Part shown: positions 1 to 8,525 of the stretch, piece after piece
How positions within the stretch are numbered: the first letter of the stretch is position 1
Layout: every line of letters starts with the position of its first letter
DNA from: Candidatus Babelota bacterium
GTDB lineage: Bacteria > Babelota > Babeliae > Babelales > Vermiphilaceae
Reading direction: 5' to 3'
DNA length: 64,000 bases
NCBI GenBank assembly: GCA_026388985.1
Contig: JAPLIS010000021.1
Coordinates: 15,266 to 79,265 of the forward strand
Position numbers and translations under genes: made by a program
Notes under the pieces: generated by a model
The model's database searches: none
Told to the model about the DNA's origin: nothing
The model's input: only the letters and a program-made list of their open reading frames with translations

Positions 1-203
1 GAATAGCGCCCCATATCCCATAAAGCTATGGCTTCTGCATTAATGTCAGCATTACTATCAATCAATTGCTGTACCCTTAATGCATTTTTACCTCCCACCT
101 CAATCAATAGTTGATTGTTTTTATCTTCCTGAGTTGATTCGCCAGCGGCTGAAAGCTTTACTATTATGCAAACAAACCACACAAATAATAGATATTTTTT
201 CAT
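1..203 (-). CDS. Ankyrin-repeat protein with signal peptide, 5' part only (gene runs off the window start)
   Basis: My own minus-strand translation from the ATG at 203-201 gives MKKYLLFVWFVCIIVKLSAAGESTQEDKNNQLLIEVGGKNALRVQQLIDSNADINAEA... This is a hydrophobic leader followed by an ANK-like helix-loop (LIDSNADINA). It is absent from the ORF track because it is truncated. Confidence 0.5.
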   Translation of the reverse strand, partial: MKKYLLFVWFVCIIVKLSAAGESTQEDKNNQLLIEVGGKNALRVQQLIDSNADINAEAIALWDMGRY

Positions 204-407
204 TAACACTACCCAATATTACAACAAAACTATGATTTATATATGAAAATAAGTATAGCATAATTCCATGATTTCATGTAATAAGTAGCCAATATATTAC
301 TTTTTATAGTAACCTTTCTCTATGAATGGCAAAAATACACTTCACCACGAACAAGATTACAATAGAGTCAATTATCTTTACTTAAAACTTTAACTATTAG
401 ATATATT

Positions 408-2879
408 ATGGATAAAAGATACGATCATTTACTGAGTGAACAAAAGAGTCAGCATTACTGGAACATGCACAAGACCTATAGTTGTGAAAATAATACTGGG
501 CCACTGTATAGCATTGATACACCACCACCAACGGTTTCAGGATCTTTACACATAGGCCATATTTTTTCTTATACACAAACTGATATTGTTGCTCGCTATA
601 AACGGATGAGTGGCTTTTCTGTTTTTTATCCGTTTGGCTTTGACGATAATGGGCTCCCCACTGAACGGTATGTTGAAAAAAAACGAAATATCAAAGGGTA
701 CCAACTACCTCGATCTGAATTTATACACATATGCCTTGAAGAAAGTGCGTTAGCTGCTCAAGAATTTAAACATCTGTGGCAACGAATGGGCATCTCTGCC
801 GATTGGTCAAAAACGTATTCAACCATATCAGCCCAATCGCGAAAAATCACCCAAGCATCTTTTATCGAGTTGTACAAAAAGGGACTTATATATCGCAAAA
901 ATGAACCTGCTCTGTACTGTGCTACATGCTGCACTTCAGTAGCGCAAGCAGAACTTGATGATAAAGAAGTACCCTCATTTTTTAACGATATTGCCTTTAA
1001 AGATCAGTATGGCACGAATCTAGTTGTTGGCACTACACGTCCTGAATTGCTCCCTTCTTGCGTTGCTCTGCTCTTTAATCCCCAAGATGATCGGTATGCT
1101 CATTTGAAGGGACAAGAAGCAACAGTTCCTCTATTCAATTATAATGTACCTATTATAGCAGATGAACTGGTTGAAATAGAAAAAGGAACAGGCCTTGTGA
1201 TGTGCTGTACCTTTGGAGACAAAAAAGATATTGAATGGTTTAAAAAGCATAATCTACCTTATCGCCAATCAATAGATTTAACGGGCAAATGGGGCAAAGA
1301 TACCGGTGTACTTGCAGGGCTAAAAGTCCATGAAGCTCGCAAATGCATTATACAAGAACTTAAAGATATCAATGCCCTTATGCGTCAAAAAGAAATAGTT
1401 CATTCGGTCAACATTCATGAGCGTTGCAAAAAAGAGATTGAATTCATGCTTCTTTCGCAATGGTTTGTTAACGTTTTAGCATTAAAAAAAGAGTTTATAG
1501 ATAAAGCAGATGAAATAGAATGGCACCCTGCATTTATGAAATCACGCTATGTCAATTGGGTAGAAAATATCGGATGGGATTGGTGTATTTCACGACAACG
1601 TTTTTATGGCATTTCTTTTCCTTCATGGCATTGTGCTAACTGCAAAGCAATTATTCTTGCTGACATTGATCAGCTTCCCATAGATCCACAAGAATCTGCC
1701 TATAATGGAGTGTGCCCAGACTGTAAAGGAAGCAACATTACTCCTGACACAGATGTGATGGATACCTGGAATACTTCATCATTAACCCCTTATATTTGCG
1801 CAAATCTTTATAGCGGCAAAGATGAATTACCGTGGCAAGTTGGTGATTTTATCCCTATGAGTATGCGTCCGCAAGCACATGACATCATTAGAACATGGGC
1901 ATTTTACACCCTCGCTAAAACAACTATGCACCAAAATAGTATTCCGTGGCGGGACATTGTAATTTCAGGCCATGTGCTCAGTGATGAAAAAGAAAAACTT
2001 TCTAAATCAAAAGAACATAAAGCCCTTGCACCAGAAAGCTTATTGAGTCGCTACCCAGCTGATGTAATTCGCTATTGGACAGCATCTGGTAGCCTTGGAC
2101 AAGATGTTGCTTTTTCAGAAAATCAACTCAAAATTGGCTTACGTCTGGTTACAAAATTATGGAATGCGTTTCTATTTATCAAAGAACATATTCAGACTGT
2201 TGATGATCTTACTATTCCGGCACATTTGGGTACATTAAATGAATGGCTTTTGCATACCGCTACAAGTACCTATGCTGATTATCAAAAATACCAAGAACAG
2301 TATGAGTTTGGTTTAGCGCTTAATCAGATAGAACAGTTTTTCTGGCAATCATTTTGCGATAATTATATAGAGCTGGTAAAGCATCAATTGTTTAACCCTG
2401 CGTTTTACACAGAGCAACAGGTAAAAGCAACCCGTTGGACACTTCACCAAATAGGATTACGTATCTTACAAATGTATGCTCCCTATGTGCCCCACATAAC
2501 TGAAGCTATTTATACCGAGCTCTACAAAAATCAGATAAAAGTTGATTCTATACACCAAACACGCTTTAGCGAATATCAAAAAGCATTTGTGTATTCTGAT
2601 AGTTTACATCTTGCCCAACAGATTATGAATCTTGCAGCACAAGTACGTAAAATAAAAACAGAACATCAACTGTCTTTAAAGACAGAACTCGACTCTTTAA
2701 AAGTGTATAGTACTGATGCGGTGTTACTAGAACTACTCCCTTTAAGTGAAAATCTTATTCGGGGCGTTACCCACGCTACCGACATACTGTATATCCAAGG
2801 GCACTCAGATACACAAGGATTACAAAACAGTGATAGCCTATGGCATGCAACCTTGAATCTTGATAACAAGAAAGAATAG
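408..2879 (+). CDS. valS: Valine--tRNA ligase (class I aminoacyl-tRNA synthetase)
   Basis: 823-aa ORF. PPPTVSGSLHIGH matches the ValRS-type HIGH block (PPPNVTGxLHxGH). KLSKSK is the KMSKS loop. There is a Cys-rich CP1/zinc region (YCATCCTS, CANCK...CPDCKG). Short form without a long C-terminal coiled coil. Confidence 0.8.
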   Translation: MDKRYDHLLSEQKSQHYWNMHKTYSCENNTGPLYSIDTPPPTVSGSLHIGHIFSYTQTDIVARYKRMSGFSVFYPFGFDDNGLPTERYVEKKRNIKGYQLPRSEFIHICLEESALAAQEFKHLWQRMGISADWSKTYSTISAQSRKITQASFIELYKKGLIYRKNEPALYCATCCTSVAQAELDDKEVPSFFNDIAFKDQYGTNLVVGTTRPELLPSCVALLFNPQDDRYAHLKGQEATVPLFNYNVPIIADELVEIEKGTGLVMCCTFGDKKDIEWFKKHNLPYRQSIDLTGKWGKDTGVLAGLKVHEARKCIIQELKDINALMRQKEIVHSVNIHERCKKEIEFMLLSQWFVNVLALKKEFIDKADEIEWHPAFMKSRYVNWVENIGWDWCISRQRFYGISFPSWHCANCKAIILADIDQLPIDPQESAYNGVCPDCKGSNITPDTDVMDTWNTSSLTPYICANLYSGKDELPWQVGDFIPMSMRPQAHDIIRTWAFYTLAKTTMHQNSIPWRDIVISGHVLSDEKEKLSKSKEHKALAPESLLSRYPADVIRYWTASGSLGQDVAFSENQLKIGLRLVTKLWNAFLFIKEHIQTVDDLTIPAHLGTLNEWLLHTATSTYADYQKYQEQYEFGLALNQIEQFFWQSFCDNYIELVKHQLFNPAFYTEQQVKATRWTLHQIGLRILQMYAPYVPHITEAIYTELYKNQIKVDSIHQTRFSEYQKAFVYSDSLHLAQQIMNLAAQVRKIKTEHQLSLKTELDSLKVYSTDAVLLELLPLSENLIRGVTHATDILYIQGHSDTQGLQNSDSLWHATLNLDNKKE

Positions 2880-2885
2880 TTTTAC

Positions 2886-3332
2886 ATGGTAACTATAGAA
2901 AACAGACAAGATAAAGTTAAAATAAATATAGCACAGCTACGCAAAGATGCTCGCCAAGTACTCAAATTGCTTGATTATGCTAACTATGATTTGGGAATTT
3001 GTCTCATCGACAATGTAGCTATGCAAGAATACAACAATACCTATCGCCATAAAAATGTTCCCACAGATGTGTTATCATTTCCCTTTCATGAGTTAAAACC
3101 AGGCGAACGTATTGTACCAAAAACTGATGATGATAAAAATCTTGGGGACTTGCTTATGTCCCTTGAATTTGTGCAAGAACATTATCCAGAAAATTGTTAT
3201 GCGCGAGTACAAAAGTTACTGGTGCATGGAGTATGCCACTTGCTTGGCCATGATCATGACACAGATGAAACTGATGAAATTATGCACGAATTAGAAGCAA
3301 CATTGTTAGCAAAAATCAGTTCGCAAGAATAA
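2886..3332 (+). CDS. ybeY: rRNA maturation endoribonuclease YbeY
   Basis: 148 aa. HGVCHLLGHDH is the H-x3-H-x5-H zinc motif of the YbeY/UPF0054 family. It starts 6 nt after valS. Confidence 0.85.
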   Translation: MVTIENRQDKVKINIAQLRKDARQVLKLLDYANYDLGICLIDNVAMQEYNNTYRHKNVPTDVLSFPFHELKPGERIVPKTDDDKNLGDLLMSLEFVQEHYPENCYARVQKLLVHGVCHLLGHDHDTDETDEIMHELEATLLAKISSQE

Positions 3333-3349
3333 ATTGTATACTTAGAAAT

Positions 3350-3390
3350 AGATAAAGAGGGCTGCTTATTTATAGCAGCCCTCTTTATCT
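3350..3390. terminator. Bidirectional rho-independent terminator between convergent ybeY and the first Ank-MYND gene
   Basis: Perfect 16-bp inverted repeat agataaagagggctgc / gcagccctctttatct with a 9-nt loop. It is flanked by A/T runs on both sides. Confidence 0.8.
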
Positions 3391-3412
3391 ATTAGATTTT
3401 TAATAATGGACT

Positions 3413-4183
3413 TTAGCTTTGCACAACCTTATTTGCACCTGCTACTATAGAGCAGTACTTTTTATGCTCTGGCCAATCAACTTTCTGGCATTTTTCTGAG
3501 CAATAATAAGTAGCCTCACAGTTGCCACATTTTTTTAACTTTTTTGCCTCTTCACACAAAAAACAGACTAGCTGCAGATCTGAACTTTTTTTTATCAGCT
3601 TTACTGCATTTTTTGGTGTAAAGTCTTTACCCTGCTTTTCAAGAATGGCTCTAGTTATAATCGTAACTATACCTTGATTCCCTCCCGAAACAGCACGATC
3701 CATTACAGAACTCCCATCAAGACCACCTTTAGCCCTAACGTTTGCTTTTGCTTCAATAAGCAATTGCACTATATCTACGCAATTCGCCACTACAGCCTCC
3801 ATCAATGGCGTAACGCCCTCAGGAATAGACCTCTTGTTAATATCTGCACCACTTGCAATTAAAAACTGTGCTGCAACTTGTTTATTATCAACAATACATG
3901 CTGACAATAAGCAACGCTGCCCGCCACCAACTTCTTCTACCATAGCATTTAATAGCAATGGTCTAAACAGTTCATTGTGGTCTAAAATGAACCCAGGTAG
4001 TTCATTATTTTCACTAAAAATGGCTTGACCAAACACCTGACGCGTTTGTTCAAATGCTTCTTTTTGTTTTTTATTTAATAATGAAAATGAATTGGCTGAA
4101 CTCTCAGCGGCACAAAAAAGATTACCCGAGCTCAAAAAAGCTACACACAAGAATAGCATTGCGCTAACTTTGTTATTTTGCAT
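3413..4183 (-). CDS. Secreted ankyrin-repeat protein with C-terminal zf-MYND domain (paralog 1)
   Basis: Signal peptide MQNNKVSAMLFLCVAFLSSGNLFCAAE. ANK repeats (GADINKRSIPEGVTPLMEAVVANCVDIVQLLIEAKANV). C-terminal CFLCEEAKKLKKCGNCEATYYCSEKCQKVDWPEHKKYC fits the C-x2-C-x8-C-x2-C-x5-C-x3-C-x7-H-x3-C MYND pattern (nt about 3452-3565). Confidence 0.8.
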   Translation of the reverse strand: MQNNKVSAMLFLCVAFLSSGNLFCAAESSANSFSLLNKKQKEAFEQTRQVFGQAIFSENNELPGFILDHNELFRPLLLNAMVEEVGGGQRCLLSACIVDNKQVAAQFLIASGADINKRSIPEGVTPLMEAVVANCVDIVQLLIEAKANVRAKGGLDGSSVMDRAVSGGNQGIVTIITRAILEKQGKDFTPKNAVKLIKKSSDLQLVCFLCEEAKKLKKCGNCEATYYCSEKCQKVDWPEHKKYCSIVAGANKVVQS

Positions 4184-4249
4184 AATGCTATACGCTCCAC
4201 TTATATTTAATTCTATATAGACTTATTTTACCTGCATTTACTATTGCTA

Positions 4250-5110
4250 TTAATCAACAGCACTACAGCCCACATTCTCACGAGCTTTACACACCTGTTT
4301 ATGTTCTGGCCAGTGGGCTACCTGACAATCCCTTGAGCAATAGAATGCATTTTGACATGTACCACACTTGCGAAACCTACCTTCTTCTTTTTTTTCAGGC
4401 TTTTTACAAGATAGACAAACTAAAATAGCACACGCTGATTGATCAGGCCATTCTATGCCAGGTAAAGAATGTACATAATCGTTCATACTATTTATTCTAT
4501 CGCGAAAGCTTCCATCCCGACTACTTTCCCCTACTTGCTTGACAATTGCATCCATAACCTCTTTACAACCATAACTAAGGGCATAGTGATATGCGCTGAG
4601 AGGTTCTTTAGTTTTTGTTGTTAACGTAACATTTGCTCCGGCCTCAATAATCTGTAAAGCGACTTGTGTATCCTGAGCCTCTAAAGCAAACATAAGAGCT
4701 GTCATGCCATCTGTGCATTGAATATCAATACCGGCTGCCTCTTTATGTTTTATTAAAAAGGCAATAGATTTATCTAAATCTTTTTTTACCTTAGGCAATG
4801 GTGGAGCTGACTTATTATGCTTTCTAGCAATACACTCCATTAACAGAGTTACTGGAGATTGAGCATCCTCAAATTGAAGAAGATTGCCCATAAAAAATGA
4901 TGCTGGTAAAGAATTACTTTTAATCTTGTTTTCTGCGCCCTTAACATTACCTACAAAAAGACATTCAACAAATTCTTGCCTTCTGATTCTATCTCTTTGT
5001 GTAACTACCAGGGGTCTATTCTGACTTTTTTCTTGCGCACAAAAAAGATTACCTGAGCTCAAAAAAGCTACAGTCAAAAAGAGTATTCCACTGATTTTGT
5101 TATTTTTCAT
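4250..5110 (-). CDS. Secreted ankyrin-repeat protein with C-terminal zf-MYND domain (paralog 2)
   Basis: Signal peptide MKNNKISGILFLTVAFLSSGNLFCAQE. ANK-like repeats (DGMTALMFALEAQDTQVALQIIEAGANV). MYND finger CLSCKKPEKKEEGRFRKCGTCQNAFYCSRDCQVAHWPEHKQVC. GGAG RBS upstream of the ATG. Confidence 0.8.
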   Translation of the reverse strand: MKNNKISGILFLTVAFLSSGNLFCAQEKSQNRPLVVTQRDRIRRQEFVECLFVGNVKGAENKIKSNSLPASFFMGNLLQFEDAQSPVTLLMECIARKHNKSAPPLPKVKKDLDKSIAFLIKHKEAAGIDIQCTDGMTALMFALEAQDTQVALQIIEAGANVTLTTKTKEPLSAYHYALSYGCKEVMDAIVKQVGESSRDGSFRDRINSMNDYVHSLPGIEWPDQSACAILVCLSCKKPEKKEEGRFRKCGTCQNAFYCSRDCQVAHWPEHKQVCKARENVGCSAVD

Positions 5111-5367
5111 GATTCTATACTCCGGACTTATATTTAATCTTATATTTACTTATTTTGACGTGTGCCTATTTTACGTGAGCCCATTATTACTATTAATCAA
5201 CAGCCGGCAACTTGTTTTTCTTTTTTTTCTTTCCTACTCCCGACTGCTGAACTTCAGGAGTTTGCTCTTTCTGCTCTAATCCTAACTCCTGAACTTCAGG
5301 AACTTTACACACCTGCTTGTGTTGTAGCCAATCAGATGCCTGACAATTTCTTGAGCAATAATAAACA
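5095..5367. repeat. Duplication-junction repeat, copy A (5' end of paralog 2 + intergenic + 3' end of paralog 3)
   Basis: Near-identical by eye to 6383-6658. Both contain ...tatttttcatgattctat...cttatatttaatcttatatttacttatttgacgtgtgcctattttacgtgagcccattattactattaatcaaca...ctgctgaacttcaggagtttgctctttctgctctaatcct... Confidence 0.8.
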
Positions 5368-6398
5368 TTAAGACATCTGGCACACTTTTGCAAACTAGGC
5401 TCATAATCACCCTTAACTTTTGCACATTTAACACAAAAAATATCTTTAGGGTTACGAAAAACAAGCTGAAAATCCGGAACAGTGCCTTCTTCATTTGCTT
5501 TGCATATATCCTGACATACTTCTTTATGAGCTGGCCAGCCTTGTGTCTGACATTCTGACGAGCAATAATAAACACTATTACACGCCCCACATTTTCGCAA
5601 TAAATGACCATCTTCGCTCTGAGATTTTCGGCATACAACGCAACAAAATGACACTCCTTCTTTTTTAGAAGCTTTTACCATATGATGTAAAGTTGGCGTC
5701 TTACCTTTCAGCACATTTTTACGCGCCATTATCATCTTATAAATAGCTTGATGCTCTTTTTGCTCTAGTGCGCTACCCTTGTATTTACCATTTTGAGACA
5801 CACGACCTAATGCACTATGGCCTTTATTATCGTTAAAATCTACCCCTGCATTAGCATTAATTAACAATTCTACCATACCAGCATCATTCAAATTTGTTGC
5901 TAGCATTAATGCTGTTCTTTCTTCGCTATCTCTGGCATCTACATCTGCTTTAGCAGCAATCAACATCGACGCAATAGCTGGATTTTTTTTATAAACTATT
6001 GCCGCACCCATTAAAGGAGAATATTGTTCTGGCATACATTGTTTATTAAGATCTGCTTTATGTTTTATCAAAAATCGAACTGATTCTGTTTGGCCACGAC
6101 GCACGCACTCACCTAAAAGACTATTTTTATATCCCTCAACATCTTTAACCTCAGAATCAACCAATAGTTGTTTTATACTTTGATTTTTTTGGTTTTGTGC
6201 TATCTTTTCGGCTGCAGGAATATCTCCTTGCAAAATAGATCTATGAAACAAAGCAAGATCTGAATTAAGCTGTTTAATCTCTTTCCTACTTAAATTATGA
6301 GCTGTTGCAGGCACACCCTCAGCGGCACAAAAAAGACTGTCTGAACTCAAAAACGCTATACCCAATAACAGGATTGCACTGATTGTTTTATTTTTCAT
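5193..6398 (-). CDS. Secreted ankyrin-repeat protein with two tandem zf-MYND domains and a polybasic tail (paralog 3)
   Basis: Signal peptide MKNKTISAILLLGIAFLSSDSLFCAAE. ANK repeats (EERTALMLATNLNDAGMVELLINANAGVD). MYND-1 is CVVCRKSQSEDGHLLRKCGACNSVYYCSSECQTQGWPAHKEVC (aa 253-295). MYND-2 is CVKCAKVKGDYEPSLQKCARCLNVYYCSRNCQASDWLQHKQVC (aa 322-364). The tail is ...GVGKKKKKNKLPAVD. Confidence 0.8.
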   Translation of the reverse strand: MKNKTISAILLLGIAFLSSDSLFCAAEGVPATAHNLSRKEIKQLNSDLALFHRSILQGDIPAAEKIAQNQKNQSIKQLLVDSEVKDVEGYKNSLLGECVRRGQTESVRFLIKHKADLNKQCMPEQYSPLMGAAIVYKKNPAIASMLIAAKADVDARDSEERTALMLATNLNDAGMVELLINANAGVDFNDNKGHSALGRVSQNGKYKGSALEQKEHQAIYKMIMARKNVLKGKTPTLHHMVKASKKEGVSFCCVVCRKSQSEDGHLLRKCGACNSVYYCSSECQTQGWPAHKEVCQDICKANEEGTVPDFQLVFRNPKDIFCVKCAKVKGDYEPSLQKCARCLNVYYCSRNCQASDWLQHKQVCKVPEVQELGLEQKEQTPEVQQSGVGKKKKKNKLPAVD

Positions 6399-6658
6399 GA
6401 TTCTATCCCCCCCCCCTACTTATATTTAATCTTATATTTACTTATTTGACGTGTGCCTATTTTACGTGAGCCCATTATTACTATTAATCAACAAACGGTA
6501 ATTTGTTTTTCTTTTTTTTCTTTCCTACTGACGACTGCTGAACTTCAGGAGTTTGCTCTTTCTGCTCTAATCCTGACTCTTGAACTTCAGGAGCTTTACA
6601 CACCTGCTTGTGTTGTGGCCAATGAGCTACCTGACAATCCCTTGAGCAATAATAAACA
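6383..6658. repeat. Duplication-junction repeat, copy B (5' end of paralog 3 + intergenic + 3' end of paralog 4)
   Basis: Same block as 5095-5367. The main difference is a C10 run (6407-6416) replacing actccggac. Confidence 0.8.
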
Positions 6659-7371
6659 GATTCGCATTTACTGCATTTTTTAAATTTATTTTCTGGTGAT
6701 TCTTCTAACTCTAAACACTTACTGCACTTAACTTTTAATGGCTGCGTAACCTCAACTCCATTCAATGAGCCCAGGTATTCATTAAGTTTTCTCGCCTTTC
6801 TATGGACCCCTCCCGGCAAACTTGCGTGAATTTTGCTCAGAATAAGTTCCCCCAATTCTCTATGTTCCGGCTTACAAGTAAGTTCCAAAGCAGTTAAATG
6901 CGCGTCTGTTGTTTCAATACGAAGATCAGCTCCTTTTTCAATAAGTTCTTTGGCCATAGCTGACTGATTTGCCATAATGGCTATCATCAAAGGAGTATGC
7001 CCTTTAGGTTCAGATTGAGCATCAATAGCAGCACCACTGTTTATTAAAAATTCGAACAGACCTGGCTGGTCTTTTAAAATACTTATCATAAGCGGAGAAT
7101 AGCTTTCCCCCATGTCATTCGGCAAAAATTTATTAACCAATGATTGCTTTATAGCTGGATTACTAAACTCTATTTTCTTAGCTTTACGAACCCCTCGAGA
7201 GCTACCGTCCAGAATAGCGCCCATAAACTCTTCTCCCTTTTTTTGATCACGCAAAGAAATTTCTATGCCTACAAGTGCAGAATCTGCCCGTTCAGCGGCA
7301 CAAAAAAGATTGCCTGAACTCAAAAACGCTCCACACACTAATAATAGTGCGCTGACTTTGTTATTTTTCAT
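6484..7371 (-). CDS. Secreted ankyrin-repeat protein with C-terminal zf-MYND domain and polybasic tail (paralog 4)
   Basis: The ORF track starts at 7413. The ATG at 7371 gives the family-typical leader MKNNKVSALLLVCGAFLSSGNLFCAAE and is preceded by GGAGG (revcomp of 7376-7380). ANK repeats (KGHTPLMIAIMANQSAMAKELIEKGADL). MYND finger CSKCLELEESPENKFKKCSKCESVYYCSRDCQVAHWPQHKQVC. The tail is ...SVGKKKKKNKLPFVD. Confidence 0.8.
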   Translation of the reverse strand: MKNNKVSALLLVCGAFLSSGNLFCAAERADSALVGIEISLRDQKKGEEFMGAILDGSSRGVRKAKKIEFSNPAIKQSLVNKFLPNDMGESYSPLMISILKDQPGLFEFLINSGAAIDAQSEPKGHTPLMIAIMANQSAMAKELIEKGADLRIETTDAHLTALELTCKPEHRELGELILSKIHASLPGGVHRKARKLNEYLGSLNGVEVTQPLKVKCSKCLELEESPENKFKKCSKCESVYYCSRDCQVAHWPQHKQVCKAPEVQESGLEQKEQTPEVQQSSVGKKKKKNKLPFVD

Positions 7372-7529
7372 AACAACCTCCATTAAATAGTTTTCATTAT
7401 TAAGATATTTCAATATCTTAATAAGTATATACTAAATAAAACAAATATCAACGATCAATTCTAACTGTAATTTTAATTAAGCCGATGCTAGCCTCAGATA
7501 CACAATTAAATACGATCAACATTGATTAT

Positions 7530-8456
7530 TTATCGACCGCGGCCACCTCTACCTCCATAGCCACCACCGGAGCTGCGTGAAGAACTAGCAGTTGATCGTG
7601 AGCCGCTAGACAATGATCCGCCCGAATACCCTGTACGCAGACCTGAATATCTTTGGTGCGATTGCCACCCTTCAATCAAAATACTGACATACACAAGCAA
7701 GGCCAATAACCCTATCAATCCGCCAACCAACACCCAATATTTATTTATATAAAAAAAAGAATTCTTTTTTATTGTATGCCACTCATCGAACGACCATCCT
7801 TTTCTCTCTTGATTAATTACTTGTATGGGCTCATTAGCATACCCCTTAGGCCAGGTGATAAAGATGGTTAATCCCTCATAGGGAGCTAGCAAGCCTGTAG
7901 TAGAAAAAAACAGTGAGCCATCATCTTTTTTATAGCTTATATACTTTTTATCCCTCGCCCCTAATGGCCCGGTATAAGCATCAATGTGCACTGAATCAGC
8001 CGGAACTGATCTGGGTAAAAAAACTGTTGCTGATGCATTAACAATAGGCAATTGCCACGCAGTACCAGTTACGTTCCAATAAAGTTCATCCTGATTAACA
8101 CAAAAACCAATCACCCCTCGCGCTACATAGCTAATCGTGTACACATGTTCCCCATTACCTATCAGCGCGTTATCACCAATTTCTATATCTTTACCATAGC
8201 GCGTACTAACAAATTTGTGGGTAACATCTTTGCCATCTTTAAGAACTTTTTTAATAGAAAAACTAATACTGTCTTTATTGCTATAACGGTCTTGATCTTG
8301 CGTAGAAAGCTCTCTGACAATACCCCTTTTGACCTGTTTACCTTCACTCCACACGGTAATTGTCTCTACAACTTCAACTAATGCATCACTGTTAATAGTG
8401 ATATCTGCGTGAAAATGGGTTACTTGGTCACCTCTATTTTTAACAATACTGTTCAT
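7530..8456 (-). CDS. DUF2207-like membrane protein with Gly/Ser/Arg-rich C-terminal tail
   Basis: The N-terminal pattern ...HFHADITINSDALVEVVETITVWSEGKQVKRGIVREL resembles the DUF2207 start (y.v.i.v..dg.l.V.E.i.....G..R). One TM segment (YWVLVGGLIGLLALLVYVSILI). The tail is SSGGGYGGRGGRGR. I prefer the ATG at 8456 (MNSIVKN) because GGAGGG lies 5 nt upstream; the ORF track starts at 8468. Confidence 0.55.
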   Translation of the reverse strand: MNSIVKNRGDQVTHFHADITINSDALVEVVETITVWSEGKQVKRGIVRELSTQDQDRYSNKDSISFSIKKVLKDGKDVTHKFVSTRYGKDIEIGDNALIGNGEHVYTISYVARGVIGFCVNQDELYWNVTGTAWQLPIVNASATVFLPRSVPADSVHIDAYTGPLGARDKKYISYKKDDGSLFFSTTGLLAPYEGLTIFITWPKGYANEPIQVINQERKGWSFDEWHTIKKNSFFYINKYWVLVGGLIGLLALLVYVSILIEGWQSHQRYSGLRTGYSGGSLSSGSRSTASSSRSSGGGYGGRGGRGR

Positions 8457-8470
8457 AAGTCCCTCCATCT

Positions 8471-8502
8471 AACTATTTAACTATCTAACTATCTAACTAT
8501 CG
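8471..8502. repeat. Four tandem copies of an 8-nt unit (aactatNt) in the leader of the DUF2207-like gene
   Basis: aactattt aactatct aactatct aactatcg, read directly. It lies between the ABC ATPase stop (8526) and the DUF2207-like start. Confidence 0.7.
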
Positions 8503-8525
8503 CGATTACATTACTTTCAGACACT

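Noticed and set aside
5162-5371. Conserved pair of plus-strand ORFs, 5162-5371 and 6453-6683 (MPILREPIITINQQ...).
   Set aside because: They lie within the duplicated junction block, antisense to the 3' ends of the Ank-MYND genes. Their identity is explained by the DNA duplication. There is no RBS and no domain.
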